Assembly (NCBI GenBank): GCA_903845115.1 | Contig: CAIMWE010000041.1 | Coordinates: 5,802-69,801 of the forward strand | Origin: an uncultured Acidobacteriota bacterium | Lineage (GTDB): Bacteria > Acidobacteriota > Thermoanaerobaculia > UBA5066 | Length of the DNA stretch: 64,000 nucleotides | Direction of reading: 5' to 3' | Shown here: piece after piece, positions 1 to 9,605 of the stretch | Position numbering within the stretch: position 1 is the first letter of the stretch | Layout: every line of letters starts with the position of its first letter | The notes under the pieces: model-generated | The model's database searches: none | Seen by the model: only the letters and a program-made list of their open reading frames with translations | What the model was told of the DNA's origin: nothing | Translations under genes and position numbers: made by a program

Positions 1-1
1 T

Positions 2-478
2 CGGCGCCGCCTCGAGGTCCGCGGGACCGAGGGGGGCGTGACGGTCGTGGACGATTTTGCCCATCACCCGACCGCCGTCGGAGAGACGATCCGCGGAGCG
101 AAGGGCCGCTTTCCCGGCCGGCGCCTCTGGGCGGTCTTCGAGCCCCGTTCGATCACCGGGGGCCGGGCCGATTTCGCGCCGGCGTACCTCTCTGCGCTCT
201 CGTCCGCCGATGCGGTCGCCGTCACCCGCCCGTTTCACGCGGCCCGGCTCGGGAGCCCGGCCGGCCCCGGCGCGCTCGACACCGGCTGGCTGGCCGGCGA
301 GCTCACCCGGCGCGGCGTCCCCGCCTTCGACGCGGAGAACGCCGAGGCGCTCGCCCGGACCCTCCTTCCCCGGCTCCTGCCCGGCGACGTCGTCCTCGTG
401 ATGTCCTCGGGCAGCTTCGGGGGGCTCTGCGGCAAGCTTCTCGCCGGCCTCAGCGCTCCGGCCGGACTCCCCTCATAG
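2..478 (+). CDS. mpl: Murein peptide ligase Mpl/MurC-family, C-terminal part (5' truncated by window edge)
   Basis: Frame open from base 2: RRRLEVRG...VDDFAHHPTAV, AVFEPRS, GDVVLVMSSGSFGG are Mpl-type C-terminal motifs. Confidence 0.8.
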   Translation, partial: RRRLEVRGTEGGVTVVDDFAHHPTAVGETIRGAKGRFPGRRLWAVFEPRSITGGRADFAPAYLSALSSADAVAVTRPFHAARLGSPAGPGALDTGWLAGELTRRGVPAFDAENAEALARTLLPRLLPGDVVLVMSSGSFGGLCGKLLAGLSAPAGLPS

Positions 479-1342
479 GACTTCCTCGTTCAGCGTTCCC
501 TCGAAGACGACGCGGGCGTCGCCGGTGAGCGTCACGTCCCGGGCGACGCCGCCGTCGAGCCGGAAGGAGACGACCAGCTCCTCCCCGGAGCGCGTCGCGA
601 GCGTCACCGGAGGAGCGACCGGCCCGCGGCAGGCGGCCACCACGGCCGCGGCCACGACGCCGGAGCCGCAGGCCAGCGTCTCTCCCTCCACCCCGCGCTC
701 CCAGCTCCGGATCGCCAGCCTCCCCCCGGCGGCCGGCGCCACGAAGTGGACGTTGGCCCCGTCCGGCAGGGCCGGGTGATGCCGCAACCCGGGGGCCATC
801 GACGCGAGGTCGAGCCGGGCCAGCTCGGTCCGGCCGCTCGTGAAGACGACGAGGTGCGGAACGCCCACCGAGACCGCCACTCCCGTCCTCTCGACGAGGA
901 TCTCCTCCGGGTCGAACGTGGAAAGCTCCTCCCCCGGGCCGACCGGCTCGGGCAGCCGGAGGGTGACCCGGGCTCCGGGGTGGACGGTCGCGCCGACGTT
1001 TCCCCAGCCGGTCCGGACGGTCAGCTCGGGGCCCGTGCCCAGGCGCAGGCTTCCGAACCGGGCCGCGCACCGGGTACCGTTGGCGCAGAACCGCGCCGCT
1101 CCTCCGTCCGCGTTGTAGTAGTCGGCAACGACGATCGGGACGTTCCCCGGAACGGCATTCAGGAACAGGACCCCGTCCGCGCCGACCCCGGTCCCCCGTT
1201 CGCACAGATGCCGGATCGTGGCCCTCTCCCGCGGCCCCACCTCGACCCGTCCGTCGAACACCAGGAAGTCGTTGCCGGCTCCGCTCATCTTCGTGAACCG
1301 GCGGGGGAGGCCGCCGACGGTCCTCTCTCCCGGGCCCGTCAC
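473..1342 (-). CDS. dapF: Diaminopimelate epimerase
   Basis: FTKMSGAGNDF, GVGADG, FCANGTRC, ERGVEGETLACGSG (both catalytic Cys); GTG start at 1342 overlaps upstream TGA (GTGA). Confidence 0.93.
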   Translation of the reverse strand: MTGPGERTVGGLPRRFTKMSGAGNDFLVFDGRVEVGPRERATIRHLCERGTGVGADGVLFLNAVPGNVPIVVADYYNADGGAARFCANGTRCAARFGSLRLGTGPELTVRTGWGNVGATVHPGARVTLRLPEPVGPGEELSTFDPEEILVERTGVAVSVGVPHLVVFTSGRTELARLDLASMAPGLRHHPALPDGANVHFVAPAAGGRLAIRSWERGVEGETLACGSGVVAAAVVAACRGPVAPPVTLATRSGEELVVSFRLDGGVARDVTLTGDARVVFEGTLNEEVL

Positions 1343-2496
1343 CGGGGCCCGCCGGAGGGGTCGGTCGCCGCCTCGCTCCTGGGGCTCTCGTTCCCGGACC
1401 GGTCGACCGCGGTCACGGCGTAGAGCGCGAGCGGGTCCGACCCGGGGACGAACCAGGTCGTGTCCGAGGCCGCGAAGGGGAGCCTCTCCCACGGAGCCGT
1501 CGGTCCCCTTCGACGATAGACCCGGTAGTGGTCGACGTCCGGCGCGAGGACCGGATTCCAGACGAGACGGTTTCCGTCCACCTCGGGGAGGACCTGGAAA
1601 CCCTCTGGGCGCGGCGGAGGGAAGACGTCGCGCGTGTCGGCCAACGCCTCGTCGGCCGGAGGCCCGAGCGCCACGGGCTCCTCCTTGCCCTTGGGGAGGC
1701 CCGCGGGCGCACGGATTCCGGGCGGGATCCCGCGCACCGTGTAGCAGTATTTCCGGTCGGGCTGGACCGTCCGGTCGACGAACCACTCGAGCTTCTCGAC
1801 GGCGATCGGTCCCTCGTAGATCGGCTCCGCCCCGGGGACGCACTCGCGGCGGAAGACCGCGTAGCTCTCGACCGTCACCGGCTTCGAGCCGTCGAGCATC
1901 GCCAGCGGTCTTTCCCACTCGAGGCAGACGAGCCCCTCCTCGACCAGGGCCGTCAGCCCCGTCGGCTCGCCGGGCGGCACCAGGGGACGGATCGCGACGA
2001 GGGGGGAGATCTCGGAGACCTTCCGCCGGTCGCGGGTCACCGTGATGCCGTAGCGGAGGAAGACCTTCCCCAGCCTCTTTCCGGCGAACAGCGTGGAGAG
2101 GGAGTCCCGGACGACCACGTCGCCGCCCAGCGTGGCCGCGTCGAGGTCCGGCCGGGTCAGTTCGACGACCTTCTCGGCCCTCGTCAGGAAGAGGCGCTCT
2201 TCCCGCTCCCGCTGGGCGCCCGTGGGTGGCGGAGGCACCATCGCCCCCTGCGGCGCCGGGAGCAGCTCCCGGTAGATCGTCACCTTCGTCAGCCCTTCGA
2301 GGGGCGTGCCGACCGTCGTCCTCGACGGGAAAGGGAAGCGGAGAACGGCGTCGGACCCTTCCTGGGAGAGGCGGATCGGATCGACTCTCGCGGGAAGGAC
2401 CTGCAGCGGCGCCTCGGGCGGGAGCTTCCGGCCGCAGCCGGCCGCCCCGGCGAGCGCGAGGAGCAGCAGGCTTCGCGCCGCCGACCGGGCCCTCAT
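1339..2496 (-). CDS. Lipoprotein with fibronectin type III-like repeats
   Basis: Signal peptide and lipobox LLLLALAGAAGC; FN3-like segments (LEW..YAVFRR..FVDRTV..YCYTV; LVW..YRVYRR..YAVTAVDRSGNES). Confidence 0.75.
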   Translation of the reverse strand: MRARSAARSLLLLALAGAAGCGRKLPPEAPLQVLPARVDPIRLSQEGSDAVLRFPFPSRTTVGTPLEGLTKVTIYRELLPAPQGAMVPPPPTGAQREREERLFLTRAEKVVELTRPDLDAATLGGDVVVRDSLSTLFAGKRLGKVFLRYGITVTRDRRKVSEISPLVAIRPLVPPGEPTGLTALVEEGLVCLEWERPLAMLDGSKPVTVESYAVFRRECVPGAEPIYEGPIAVEKLEWFVDRTVQPDRKYCYTVRGIPPGIRAPAGLPKGKEEPVALGPPADEALADTRDVFPPPRPEGFQVLPEVDGNRLVWNPVLAPDVDHYRVYRRRGPTAPWERLPFAASDTTWFVPGSDPLALYAVTAVDRSGNESPRSEAATDPSGGPR

Positions 2497-3872
2497 AGGA
2501 CGAATCGCGAGAGATCCCGGTTCTTCACGAGGTCCGCCAGCGCGCGTCCGACGTACGCCCCGTCGATCACGACGCGCGCGCCGGCAGCGTCCGGCCCGGC
2601 GAACGAGACTTCCTCGAGGACCTTCTCGAGGATCGTGTGGAGCCGGCGGGCGCCGATGTTCTCGAGGTTCCGGTTCAGCTCCGCGGCCGCCGCCGCGATG
2701 GCCGACAGCCCTTCCCGGTCGAAGACCACCTCGATCCCGTCCGCCGAGAGGAGCGCGGCGGCCTGCTTCGGAAGCGCGTGCTCCGGCTCGGTCAGGATCC
2801 TCAGGAAATCGTCCTCGCTCAGGGCGTTCAGCTCCACCCGGATCGGGAATCGCCCCTGCAGCTCGGGGATCAGGTCCGAGGGGCGGGCGACGTGAAACGC
2901 CCCGGCCGCCACGAAGAGGACGTGGTCGGTCCGGACGAGGCCGTGCTTCGTCTTCACCGTCGTCCCCTCGACCAGCGGCAGCAGGTCGCGCTGGACCCCC
3001 TCGCGAGAGACGTCCGGCCCGCCGCGGGAGCCCTCCCTTCCGGCGATCTTGTCGATCTCGTCGAGGAAGACGATCCCCGTCTCCTCCACGCGCCGGATGG
3101 CCTCCTGCGGGACGGTCGCCTCGTCGGTGAGGAGGTCCGCCTCGGCCTCCAGGAGGAGCGGCCGGGCGTCGGAGACGGGCAGCCTGGTCTTCTTCTTCTT
3201 CTTCGGGCCGCCGAACAGGCCCGGGAGCATTCCGGGGAGGTCGATCCCCATCTCCTCGACTCCCTGCGGCGTCATCACCGAGATCTGCGGCGTCCGGTCG
3301 TCGGCCACCTCCAGCTCGACCTCGCGCGTCTCGTGGCGCCCTTCCCGGAGGTCTCGCCGGATCCTGTCGCGCCCCTCGGCGACCCCGGCCGTCCCGGTGA
3401 CCGGGTCGACGGCGGTCGCCCTCACCAGCAGATCGACGAGCTTCTCCTCGGCCGCGGCCGCGGCCCGGTCCATCACCCGGGAGCGCCGCTCGTCCTTCAC
3501 GAGGCGGATCGCGGCCTCGACGAGGTCGCGGGCGATCGAGTCGACGTCCCGCCCGACGTAGCCGACCTCGGTGAACTTCGAGGCCTCCACCTTGACGAAC
3601 GGGGCGTCGGTGAGCCGGGCCAGGCGCCGCGCGATCTCGGTCTTGCCGACCCCCGTCGGGCCGATCATCAGGATGTTCTTCGGGGTGATCTCGCGGGCCT
3701 GCTCGCGAGGGAGGCTCTGTCGCCGCCAGCGGTCGCGGAGCGCGATGGCGACCGCCCGCTTCGCCCGGCCCTGTCCGACCACGTGGCGGTCCAGCTCGGC
3801 GACGATCTTCCGCGGCGAGAGGTCCGCCAGCCGGTGCTCCCGCGGGCCAGCGGGAAGGGCGGTCCCGCTCAC
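2493..3872 (-). CDS. hslU: ATP-dependent protease ATPase subunit HslU
   Basis: [61 protein letters not shown]. Confidence 0.97.
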   Translation of the reverse strand: MSGTALPAGPREHRLADLSPRKIVAELDRHVVGQGRAKRAVAIALRDRWRRQSLPREQAREITPKNILMIGPTGVGKTEIARRLARLTDAPFVKVEASKFTEVGYVGRDVDSIARDLVEAAIRLVKDERRSRVMDRAAAAAEEKLVDLLVRATAVDPVTGTAGVAEGRDRIRRDLREGRHETREVELEVADDRTPQISVMTPQGVEEMGIDLPGMLPGLFGGPKKKKKTRLPVSDARPLLLEAEADLLTDEATVPQEAIRRVEETGIVFLDEIDKIAGREGSRGGPDVSREGVQRDLLPLVEGTTVKTKHGLVRTDHVLFVAAGAFHVARPSDLIPELQGRFPIRVELNALSEDDFLRILTEPEHALPKQAAALLSADGIEVVFDREGLSAIAAAAAELNRNLENIGARRLHTILEKVLEEVSFAGPDAAGARVVIDGAYVGRALADLVKNRDLSRFVL

Positions 3873-4411
3873 GGCAGGGTCTCCACCCGGATCGAGTCGT
3901 TCGTGTAGATGTCGATCCCGGCCGCGATCTTGAGCGCCTCGAGGACGATCGCGTCGGCCGGGAGCGCCGTGTGGTTCAGGAGCGCCCGCGCCGCCGCCGC
4001 CGCGTAGGGTCCCCCGGAGCCGACCGCGAGGATCCCGTCGTCCGGCGCGATGACGTCCCCGGTTCCCGAGAGGAGGAGCGAGTGGCTCCGGTCGGCCACG
4101 ACGAGGAGCGCCTCGAGAGAGCGGAGGGACTTCTCGGTCCTCCAGTCCGTCGCCAGCTCGACCGCCGCCCGCTCGAGCTGGCCGTGGAACTGCTCGAGCT
4201 TCCTCTCGAAGCGGGTGAAGAGCGTCATCGCGTCGGCGGTCGATCCCGCGAAGCCGGCCAGGACCTTGCCGTCGAGGAGCCGCCGGATCTTGGACGCCCC
4301 GTGCTTCAGGACCGTGGTTCCGAGGGTCACCTGGCCGTCCCCGCCCACGGCGACGACGCCGTCCCGCCGGACGGAGAGGATGGTCGTATGCCGGAATTCT
4401 TGTCGCGCCAC
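3869..4411 (-). CDS. hslV: ATP-dependent protease peptidase subunit HslV
   Basis: [37 protein letters not shown]; short propeptide before the catalytic Thr. Confidence 0.97.
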   Translation of the reverse strand: MARQEFRHTTILSVRRDGVVAVGGDGQVTLGTTVLKHGASKIRRLLDGKVLAGFAGSTADAMTLFTRFERKLEQFHGQLERAAVELATDWRTEKSLRSLEALLVVADRSHSLLLSGTGDVIAPDDGILAVGSGGPYAAAAARALLNHTALPADAIVLEALKIAAGIDIYTNDSIRVETLP

Positions 4412-4458
4412 GGGAGGAGTCTAGGATCCTGCTCCGGGAATCGGAAGCGGACCCGCTG

Positions 4459-5385
4459 TCACCCCCCGCCCTTCGCCTTCGGGTGGCTCTTCCGGTAGAC
4501 CTCGATGAGCCGCTCCGCGTCGAGGTGGGTGTACTTCTGGGTCGTCGACAGCGACGCGTGGCCGAGCAGCTCCTGGATCGTCCGGAGGTCGGCCCCGGCG
4601 GCCAGGAGGTGCGTGGCGAACGAGTGCCGGAGCGCGTGCGGCGAGGCGTGGCGCTCCACCTCGGCGGAGAAGAGCGCCCGGTCGAGGATCCTCCGGACGC
4701 TCCGGTCGGTCAGGCGGGCTCCCCGAGCGTTCAGGAAGAGCGGCTCGCGCCCGCGGCCCGGGGCGGCCGGACGGAGCGCGTCCCGGACCGGCAGGTACGA
4801 GCGGATCGCCTCCGCGGCCTTCTCGCCGAACGGGACGAGGCGCTCCTTTCGCCCCTTGCCGAGCGTCCGGAGCTGCCTCGAGGAGACGTCGACGTCGGCC
4901 AGGTCGAGCCCGACCAGCTCCGACACGCGGAGCCCCGTCGCGTAGAGCAGCTCCAGGAGCGCCCGGTCCCGGATCCCCAGGGCCGCGTCGGGATCCGGGG
5001 CCTCCACGACGGCGCTCGCCTCCTCCACCGAGAGCGTTCTCGGGAGCGTGGCGTCCGGGCGGGGGCTCGAGACGGCGCGGGCCGGGTTCGAGTCGGCCCG
5101 CCCCTCCCGCATCAGGAAGGTGAAGAAGGTCCGGAGGGCGGAGAGGTGGCGGCCGATGGAGCTCTTCTGGAGCCCCTCCTTGCGCAGGTAGGCGAGAAAC
5201 GACCGGACGGCCAGCGCATCCACCTCTCCGGCGGCGATCGTGCCGACCTCCCTGGAGAGGAAGGTCCCCGAGAGGAAGTCGAGGAACTGGCCGACGTCGT
5301 GAAGGTAGGAGCGGCGCGTGTGCTCCGAGACGCCCCGCTCGTCTCGGAGGTTCCGGTCGAAGGCGACCAGGTCGTCGACGAGCAC
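4459..5385 (-). CDS. xerC: Tyrosine recombinase XerC
   Basis: RDRALLELLYATGLRVSEL, GKGRKER, HALRHSFATH, LGHASLSTTQKYTH; trmFO-xerC-hslVU synteny; GTG at 5385 chosen. Confidence 0.9.
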   Translation of the reverse strand: MLVDDLVAFDRNLRDERGVSEHTRRSYLHDVGQFLDFLSGTFLSREVGTIAAGEVDALAVRSFLAYLRKEGLQKSSIGRHLSALRTFFTFLMREGRADSNPARAVSSPRPDATLPRTLSVEEASAVVEAPDPDAALGIRDRALLELLYATGLRVSELVGLDLADVDVSSRQLRTLGKGRKERLVPFGEKAAEAIRSYLPVRDALRPAAPGRGREPLFLNARGARLTDRSVRRILDRALFSAEVERHASPHALRHSFATHLLAAGADLRTIQELLGHASLSTTQKYTHLDAERLIEVYRKSHPKAKGGG

Positions 5386-5389
5386 GGCG

Positions 5390-6766
5390 CTAGCCCCCCG
5401 TCCCCTCCGCGATCCTCTCCGGCGTCTCGCCCGGGTCCCCGAGCGCGGCCCGGTTCCACGCGACGGTTTCCGCGAGCGCGCGCCGGCAGATCTCCTCCCG
5501 CCTCTTCGCCTTGTCCCGGATCGGCGGGACGTCGGCATCGTCGAAGAGGCCGAAGGTCACCTTCATGGGGGCGTAGTCGCGTTCCGAGTGCCCGGAGACG
5601 TGGCGGGTCAGCGCCCCGAGCGCCGTCGAGAACGGGATGGGGACCGGTTCCCGTCCCTCGATCCGCTGCGCGAGGGTGGCCCCCACCAGCAACCCGGTGG
5701 CCGCCGACTCGAGATACCCCTCCACCCCGGTGATCTGCCCGGCGAAGGAGACGCGCGGGTCCTTCTTCCAGGCGAGCAGCCGGTCGAGATGCGCCGGGCC
5801 GTTGATGTAGGTGTTCCGGTGGAGGAGGCCGAACCGGACGAACCGCGCCTCGCCCAGGCCCGGAAGCGTCCTGAAGATCCGGCGCTGCTCGCCCTGCCGG
5901 AGCTTCGTCTGGAAGCCGACGATGTTGTAGTGGTCCTTCGCGAGGTCGTCCTGCCGGAGCTGGACGACGGCGTGGGCCTCCCGCCCCGTCCGGGGGTCTG
6001 GCAGGCCGAACGGCTTCATCGGGCCATGCCGGAGCGTGTCGAGGCCTCTCGCGGCCATCTCCTCGATCGGGAGGCACCCCTCGAAGTAGGCCGCGTTCTC
6101 GAAGTCGTGCAGGGGCACCTTCTCGCCGGCGAGGAGGTCCCCCACGAACGTCTCGTACTCGGCCCGGGTGAGCGGGATGTTCAGGTAGTCGGCGCTCCCT
6201 CCCTTTCCCCAGCGGCTCGCCGCGAAGAGGCGGGACAGGTCGATCGACTCGGCGTCCACGATCGGCGCGACGGCGTCGTAGAAGTAGAGGTACTCGCCGC
6301 CCAGGGCCTGCCGGAGCGATTCCGCCAGCGAAGGCGAGGTGAGCGGCCCGGTCGCGACCACCACGAAACCCGCTTCCGCGTCGGGCAGCTCCTCCGCCTC
6401 GGCTCGGACCAGCTCGATCTCGGGGCGGGCGGCGATCCTCGCGGTGACCCCTTCGGCGAAGAGGGTCCGGTCGACCGCCAGGGCGTCGCCTGCCGGAACG
6501 GCCGCCCGGCGCGCCTCGGCGAGGACGAGCGACCCGATCCCCTCCATCTCCCGCTTCAGGAGCCCAACGGCGTTCGCCGGATTATCCGACCGGAAGGAGT
6601 TCGAGCAGACCATCTCGGCGAGCCGGTCGGTCGTGTGGGCGTCGGTGGTCCGGACCGGCCGCATCTCGACGAGCCGGACCCGATGGCCCCGCCTCGCCAG
6701 CTGCCAGGAGCACTCGACGCCGGCGAGGCCGCCGCCGATCACGGTGACGGGGAGGTTCGTGGACAT
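5390..6766 (-). CDS. trmFO: tRNA (uracil-5-)-methyltransferase TrmFO
   Basis: IGGGLAGVEC, EMRP, AEMVCSNSF, YFEGCLPIEE, GPMKPFGL, AGQITGVEGYLES. Confidence 0.96.
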   Translation of the reverse strand: MSTNLPVTVIGGGLAGVECSWQLARRGHRVRLVEMRPVRTTDAHTTDRLAEMVCSNSFRSDNPANAVGLLKREMEGIGSLVLAEARRAAVPAGDALAVDRTLFAEGVTARIAARPEIELVRAEAEELPDAEAGFVVVATGPLTSPSLAESLRQALGGEYLYFYDAVAPIVDAESIDLSRLFAASRWGKGGSADYLNIPLTRAEYETFVGDLLAGEKVPLHDFENAAYFEGCLPIEEMAARGLDTLRHGPMKPFGLPDPRTGREAHAVVQLRQDDLAKDHYNIVGFQTKLRQGEQRRIFRTLPGLGEARFVRFGLLHRNTYINGPAHLDRLLAWKKDPRVSFAGQITGVEGYLESAATGLLVGATLAQRIEGREPVPIPFSTALGALTRHVSGHSERDYAPMKVTFGLFDDADVPPIRDKAKRREEICRRALAETVAWNRAALGDPGETPERIAEGTGG

Positions 6767-6779
6767 GACCGGATTCTAG

Positions 6780-7054
6780 GAGCCTGTCCGAGTAAGCGGA
6801 GGGGTCGCGCGGCAGGCGCTTGCGGGGCGAATCCAAGGCGCGCCGGCGAAAGCTGGAGTTGGCTCTCCGCTGAGGAGGCGCAACGCCGGAGACGCCCCGC
6901 AACCGCCGGCCGCCCTTCGGGTTGCGGCAGCACCGGCCCGTCTTCTGCGTTGGCGCTCCTCGGCGATCGCATCGGCATCAGCCTGCGTCGCGCCGCCTTG
7001 AAGCCCGGCCCGTGGTGCTCGCAACGCGGTCCCTCCCATTACTCGGACAGGCTC
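6780..7054. mobile_element. 275-bp MITE-like non-autonomous element
   Basis: Perfect TIR GAGCCTGTCCGAGTAA (6780-6795) / TTACTCGGACAGGCTC (7039-7054), flanked by CTAG and CTGG; internal inverted arms; no credible ORF. Confidence 0.8.
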
Positions 7055-7077
7055 CTGGTGACCCGTAAACTCGAGGG

Positions 7078-7797
7078 GTGACCTTCGAGCGGGACCTCTA
7101 CGACGCCTCGTACTACGAAGGCCTCCACCCGCACCACTGGTTCCGGAACCCGGCGAGGAAATATTTCGAGAGGGACCGGGACGTCCTCCGGGTCGTGGCG
7201 CCGGGGCCGGCCGATCTCGTCGTCGAGCTGGGCTCGGCCAGGGGCGACGTCTCGTTCCTCCTCTCCCGGCGCTGCCGCCAGGTGGTCGGGGTGGATGCGG
7301 CCCCCGAGGCGATCGCGATGGCCGAGACGGAGCGGCGCCGCCGCGGCATCCCCAACGTGCGCTGGCTGGAGGCGGACGTGGCGAACCTCTCCGCGATCGA
7401 GGGTGGGGCCGTCGACGCCGTGGCGGCGATCGACCTGGTCGAGCACATCGACGACCCGACGCTCCGGGCCATGCTGTCGGAGTGCCGCCGGATCCTGAAG
7501 CCCGGGGGCCGCCTCGGGATCTACACGCCCGACCGCCTCCACTACGTCGAGCGGATGAAGGCGCACGGCATCCTCCTCCGCCAGTTTCCCCAGCACATTG
7601 CCGTCCGGACGGCGGCCGCGTATCGCGGCTTCCTCGAGGAGGAGGGGTTCTCCCTCGCGCTCGACACGTGGTCGGTCTCCCCCTTTCCGGCCGTCCGGAT
7701 CGCCGAGCAACTCCTCGCCCCCCTGCCGCTGATCGGGAGGACCTTCCGCTACCGGATCCTCATGAGCGCCGTGTCAATCGGCCCAGCAGCGCGCTGA
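7078..7797 (+). CDS. Class I SAM-dependent methyltransferase (paralog A)
   Basis: VVELGSARG, VVGVDAA, DLVEHI, CRRILKPGGRLGIYTP. Confidence 0.85.
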   Translation: MTFERDLYDASYYEGLHPHHWFRNPARKYFERDRDVLRVVAPGPADLVVELGSARGDVSFLLSRRCRQVVGVDAAPEAIAMAETERRRRGIPNVRWLEADVANLSAIEGGAVDAVAAIDLVEHIDDPTLRAMLSECRRILKPGGRLGIYTPDRLHYVERMKAHGILLRQFPQHIAVRTAAAYRGFLEEEGFSLALDTWSVSPFPAVRIAEQLLAPLPLIGRTFRYRILMSAVSIGPAAR

Positions 7798-8863
7798 GCG
7801 GAAAGAGCGCCGTCGTGAGGAGCGGCAGGGCGAACCTGACGTTCGACAGAGGGACGAGCTTCACGTACTCGTACGGGGCGAGGACGAGGAGCGAGAACGC
7901 CCCAGCCAGGGTCGTCCCCCACCACTCCGCGCGACGAGCCTCCGGCAGGAGGTACCCGAGGAGGGCCGCGAGCGCGACCGGGGCGGTGAAGAGGAGTCCC
8001 GCGTCCAGATCCGTGAACAGGACCGTGAGCCCCTCCAGGATGTTGCCGTGGAACCGCGCGGCGGGGGTCTCGATCCGGAAGGAGCCTCCGACGAGGACCG
8101 CCGCGCGATCGTAGGAGGTCGTGAAGGGACTGCCCCAGAGGAGGGCGTTCGAGGCGAGGAGCAGGAGTGCCCCGGGGGCGAGCCCCGCGGCCGCGCGCAA
8201 CCGGGCTCCGGGGACCTCCGACCGGAGGACCAGGAAGGCTGCCGGCGCCAGGAGCAGCGGCATCGTCGGGCGCAGGAGGAGGGACGCGCCGCCGATCAGG
8301 CCGGCGCGGAGGGGGCGGTCGTCGGCCGCGGCGGCGGCGGCGAGGAGCGCCGCGAGCGCGATCGCGACGTCCACGTTGATCCCCAGGCAGACGAAACTGA
8401 TGGCGGGGTCGAGGACGAAGAGACCGGCCCCCGCGAGGGCTGCCGGCAGGGCGCCCACGAATCGGGCCGCGCGCCACGTGGCGAACCCGAGGAGGGCCGC
8501 GCCGAGGAGGACCGCCGTGACGACGGCGCCTGCCGTGCCCGCCAGCCACGTCCCCGGCGCGATCAGCAGGGCGAAGGCCCACGGGTGCTTCGGATAGAGC
8601 TCGCCGCGCGCCCCGAGCGCGTAGGGCGTACCCCAGACTCTCGTCAGGTCCTGCTGGAGGTCGCGGTCGATCAGCGCCGGGGGGGGGAGCACGATCGAGC
8701 GGCTCTGGACCATCGATCGCGCGATCCGGCAATAGGCGGGAGCATCGGCCCCCCAGGGCTCCGGCCGCGCCGCGAGGCGGGCGAGCCCTCGCGGAATGCC
8801 GGCCACCGACACGAGGGCCGCGACGGCGAGTGCCGCCAGCGCTCCGGAGACCGAGGGACGCAC
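7760..8863 (-). CDS. Polytopic membrane protein, probable GT-C-fold glycosyltransferase-like
   Basis: Many hydrophobic segments; loop DAPAYCRIARS after first TM, YPKHPW, LLLRP, NALLWGSPFTTSY, GLLFTAP, RFALP typical of ArnT/PMT-like proteins; GTG at 8863 uncertain. Confidence 0.6.
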   Translation of the reverse strand: MRPSVSGALAALAVAALVSVAGIPRGLARLAARPEPWGADAPAYCRIARSMVQSRSIVLPPPALIDRDLQQDLTRVWGTPYALGARGELYPKHPWAFALLIAPGTWLAGTAGAVVTAVLLGAALLGFATWRAARFVGALPAALAGAGLFVLDPAISFVCLGINVDVAIALAALLAAAAAADDRPLRAGLIGGASLLLRPTMPLLLAPAAFLVLRSEVPGARLRAAAGLAPGALLLLASNALLWGSPFTTSYDRAAVLVGGSFRIETPAARFHGNILEGLTVLFTDLDAGLLFTAPVALAALLGYLLPEARRAEWWGTTLAGAFSLLVLAPYEYVKLVPLSNVRFALPLLTTALFPLSALLGRLTRRS

Positions 8864-8879
8864 GGCCCGATAATATGGG

Positions 8880-9605
8880 ATGCCGGGATCAGAATTGCCG
8901 ACCCGCTTCGCCCCCAACGCCGAGGTCTACGACGAGGCGTATTACGCGCGGATGTACCGCCCCCACTGGTTCCTCCGGAACGCGCGGAAGTACCGGGAGC
9001 GGGACGAGGCCCTGCTCCGGCTGGTCCGTCCCCGCCCCTCCATACGCGTCCTGGAAATCGGTTCGGCTCGCGGGGACACCGCCTTCTTCCTGGCGCCTCA
9101 CGTCGGCCTCGTCGTCGGCATCGACGCCGCGCCCGCGGCGGTGGAGCAGGCCCGGGAGCTGGCCTTCCAGCGGGGTGTCCCCAACGTGAGGTTCGAGCTG
9201 GCCGACGCCCGCGACCTCTCGCCGTTCGGGGAGGCTTCTTTCGAGGCGGTCGTCCTCGCCGACTTCGTCGAGCACGTCACGGACGAGGTGCTGCTCCCCG
9301 CCCTCCGCGAGTCCCTCCGGCTCCTCGTTCCGGGGGGCGCCCTCGCGATCTACACCCCCAACCGCGACCACTGGGCCGAGCGGATCAAGGCCACCGTGCC
9401 GGGACTCCAGCAGGCGGACCACATCGCCGTCCGGAGCGCCTCCCGGGTCGTCGAGCTGGTGGCCCGGGGCGGCTTCCAGCTCGACGAGCTGTTCTTCTCG
9501 GCCAGCCCGTATCCGGTCCTGGGCGCGTTGGACCGGCTTCTCCCCTCGCTGTCGGTCTGCCGTTTCCGGACCTGCCTCCGAGCGACACGGCCGGAGCGGG
9601 AGTGA
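8880..9605 (+). CDS. Class I SAM-dependent methyltransferase (paralog B)
   Basis: VLEIGSARG, VVGIDAA, DFVEHV, RLLVPGGALAIYTPN; clearly homologous to 7078..7797. Confidence 0.85.
   Translation: MPGSELPTRFAPNAEVYDEAYYARMYRPHWFLRNARKYRERDEALLRLVRPRPSIRVLEIGSARGDTAFFLAPHVGLVVGIDAAPAAVEQARELAFQRGVPNVRFELADARDLSPFGEASFEAVVLADFVEHVTDEVLLPALRESLRLLVPGGALAIYTPNRDHWAERIKATVPGLQQADHIAVRSASRVVELVARGGFQLDELFFSASPYPVLGALDRLLPSLSVCRFRTCLRATRPERE

Noticed and set aside
4459..5385. Tyrosine recombinase as a prophage or island integrase
   Set aside because: Size, motifs and trmFO-xerC-hslVU context indicate housekeeping XerC.
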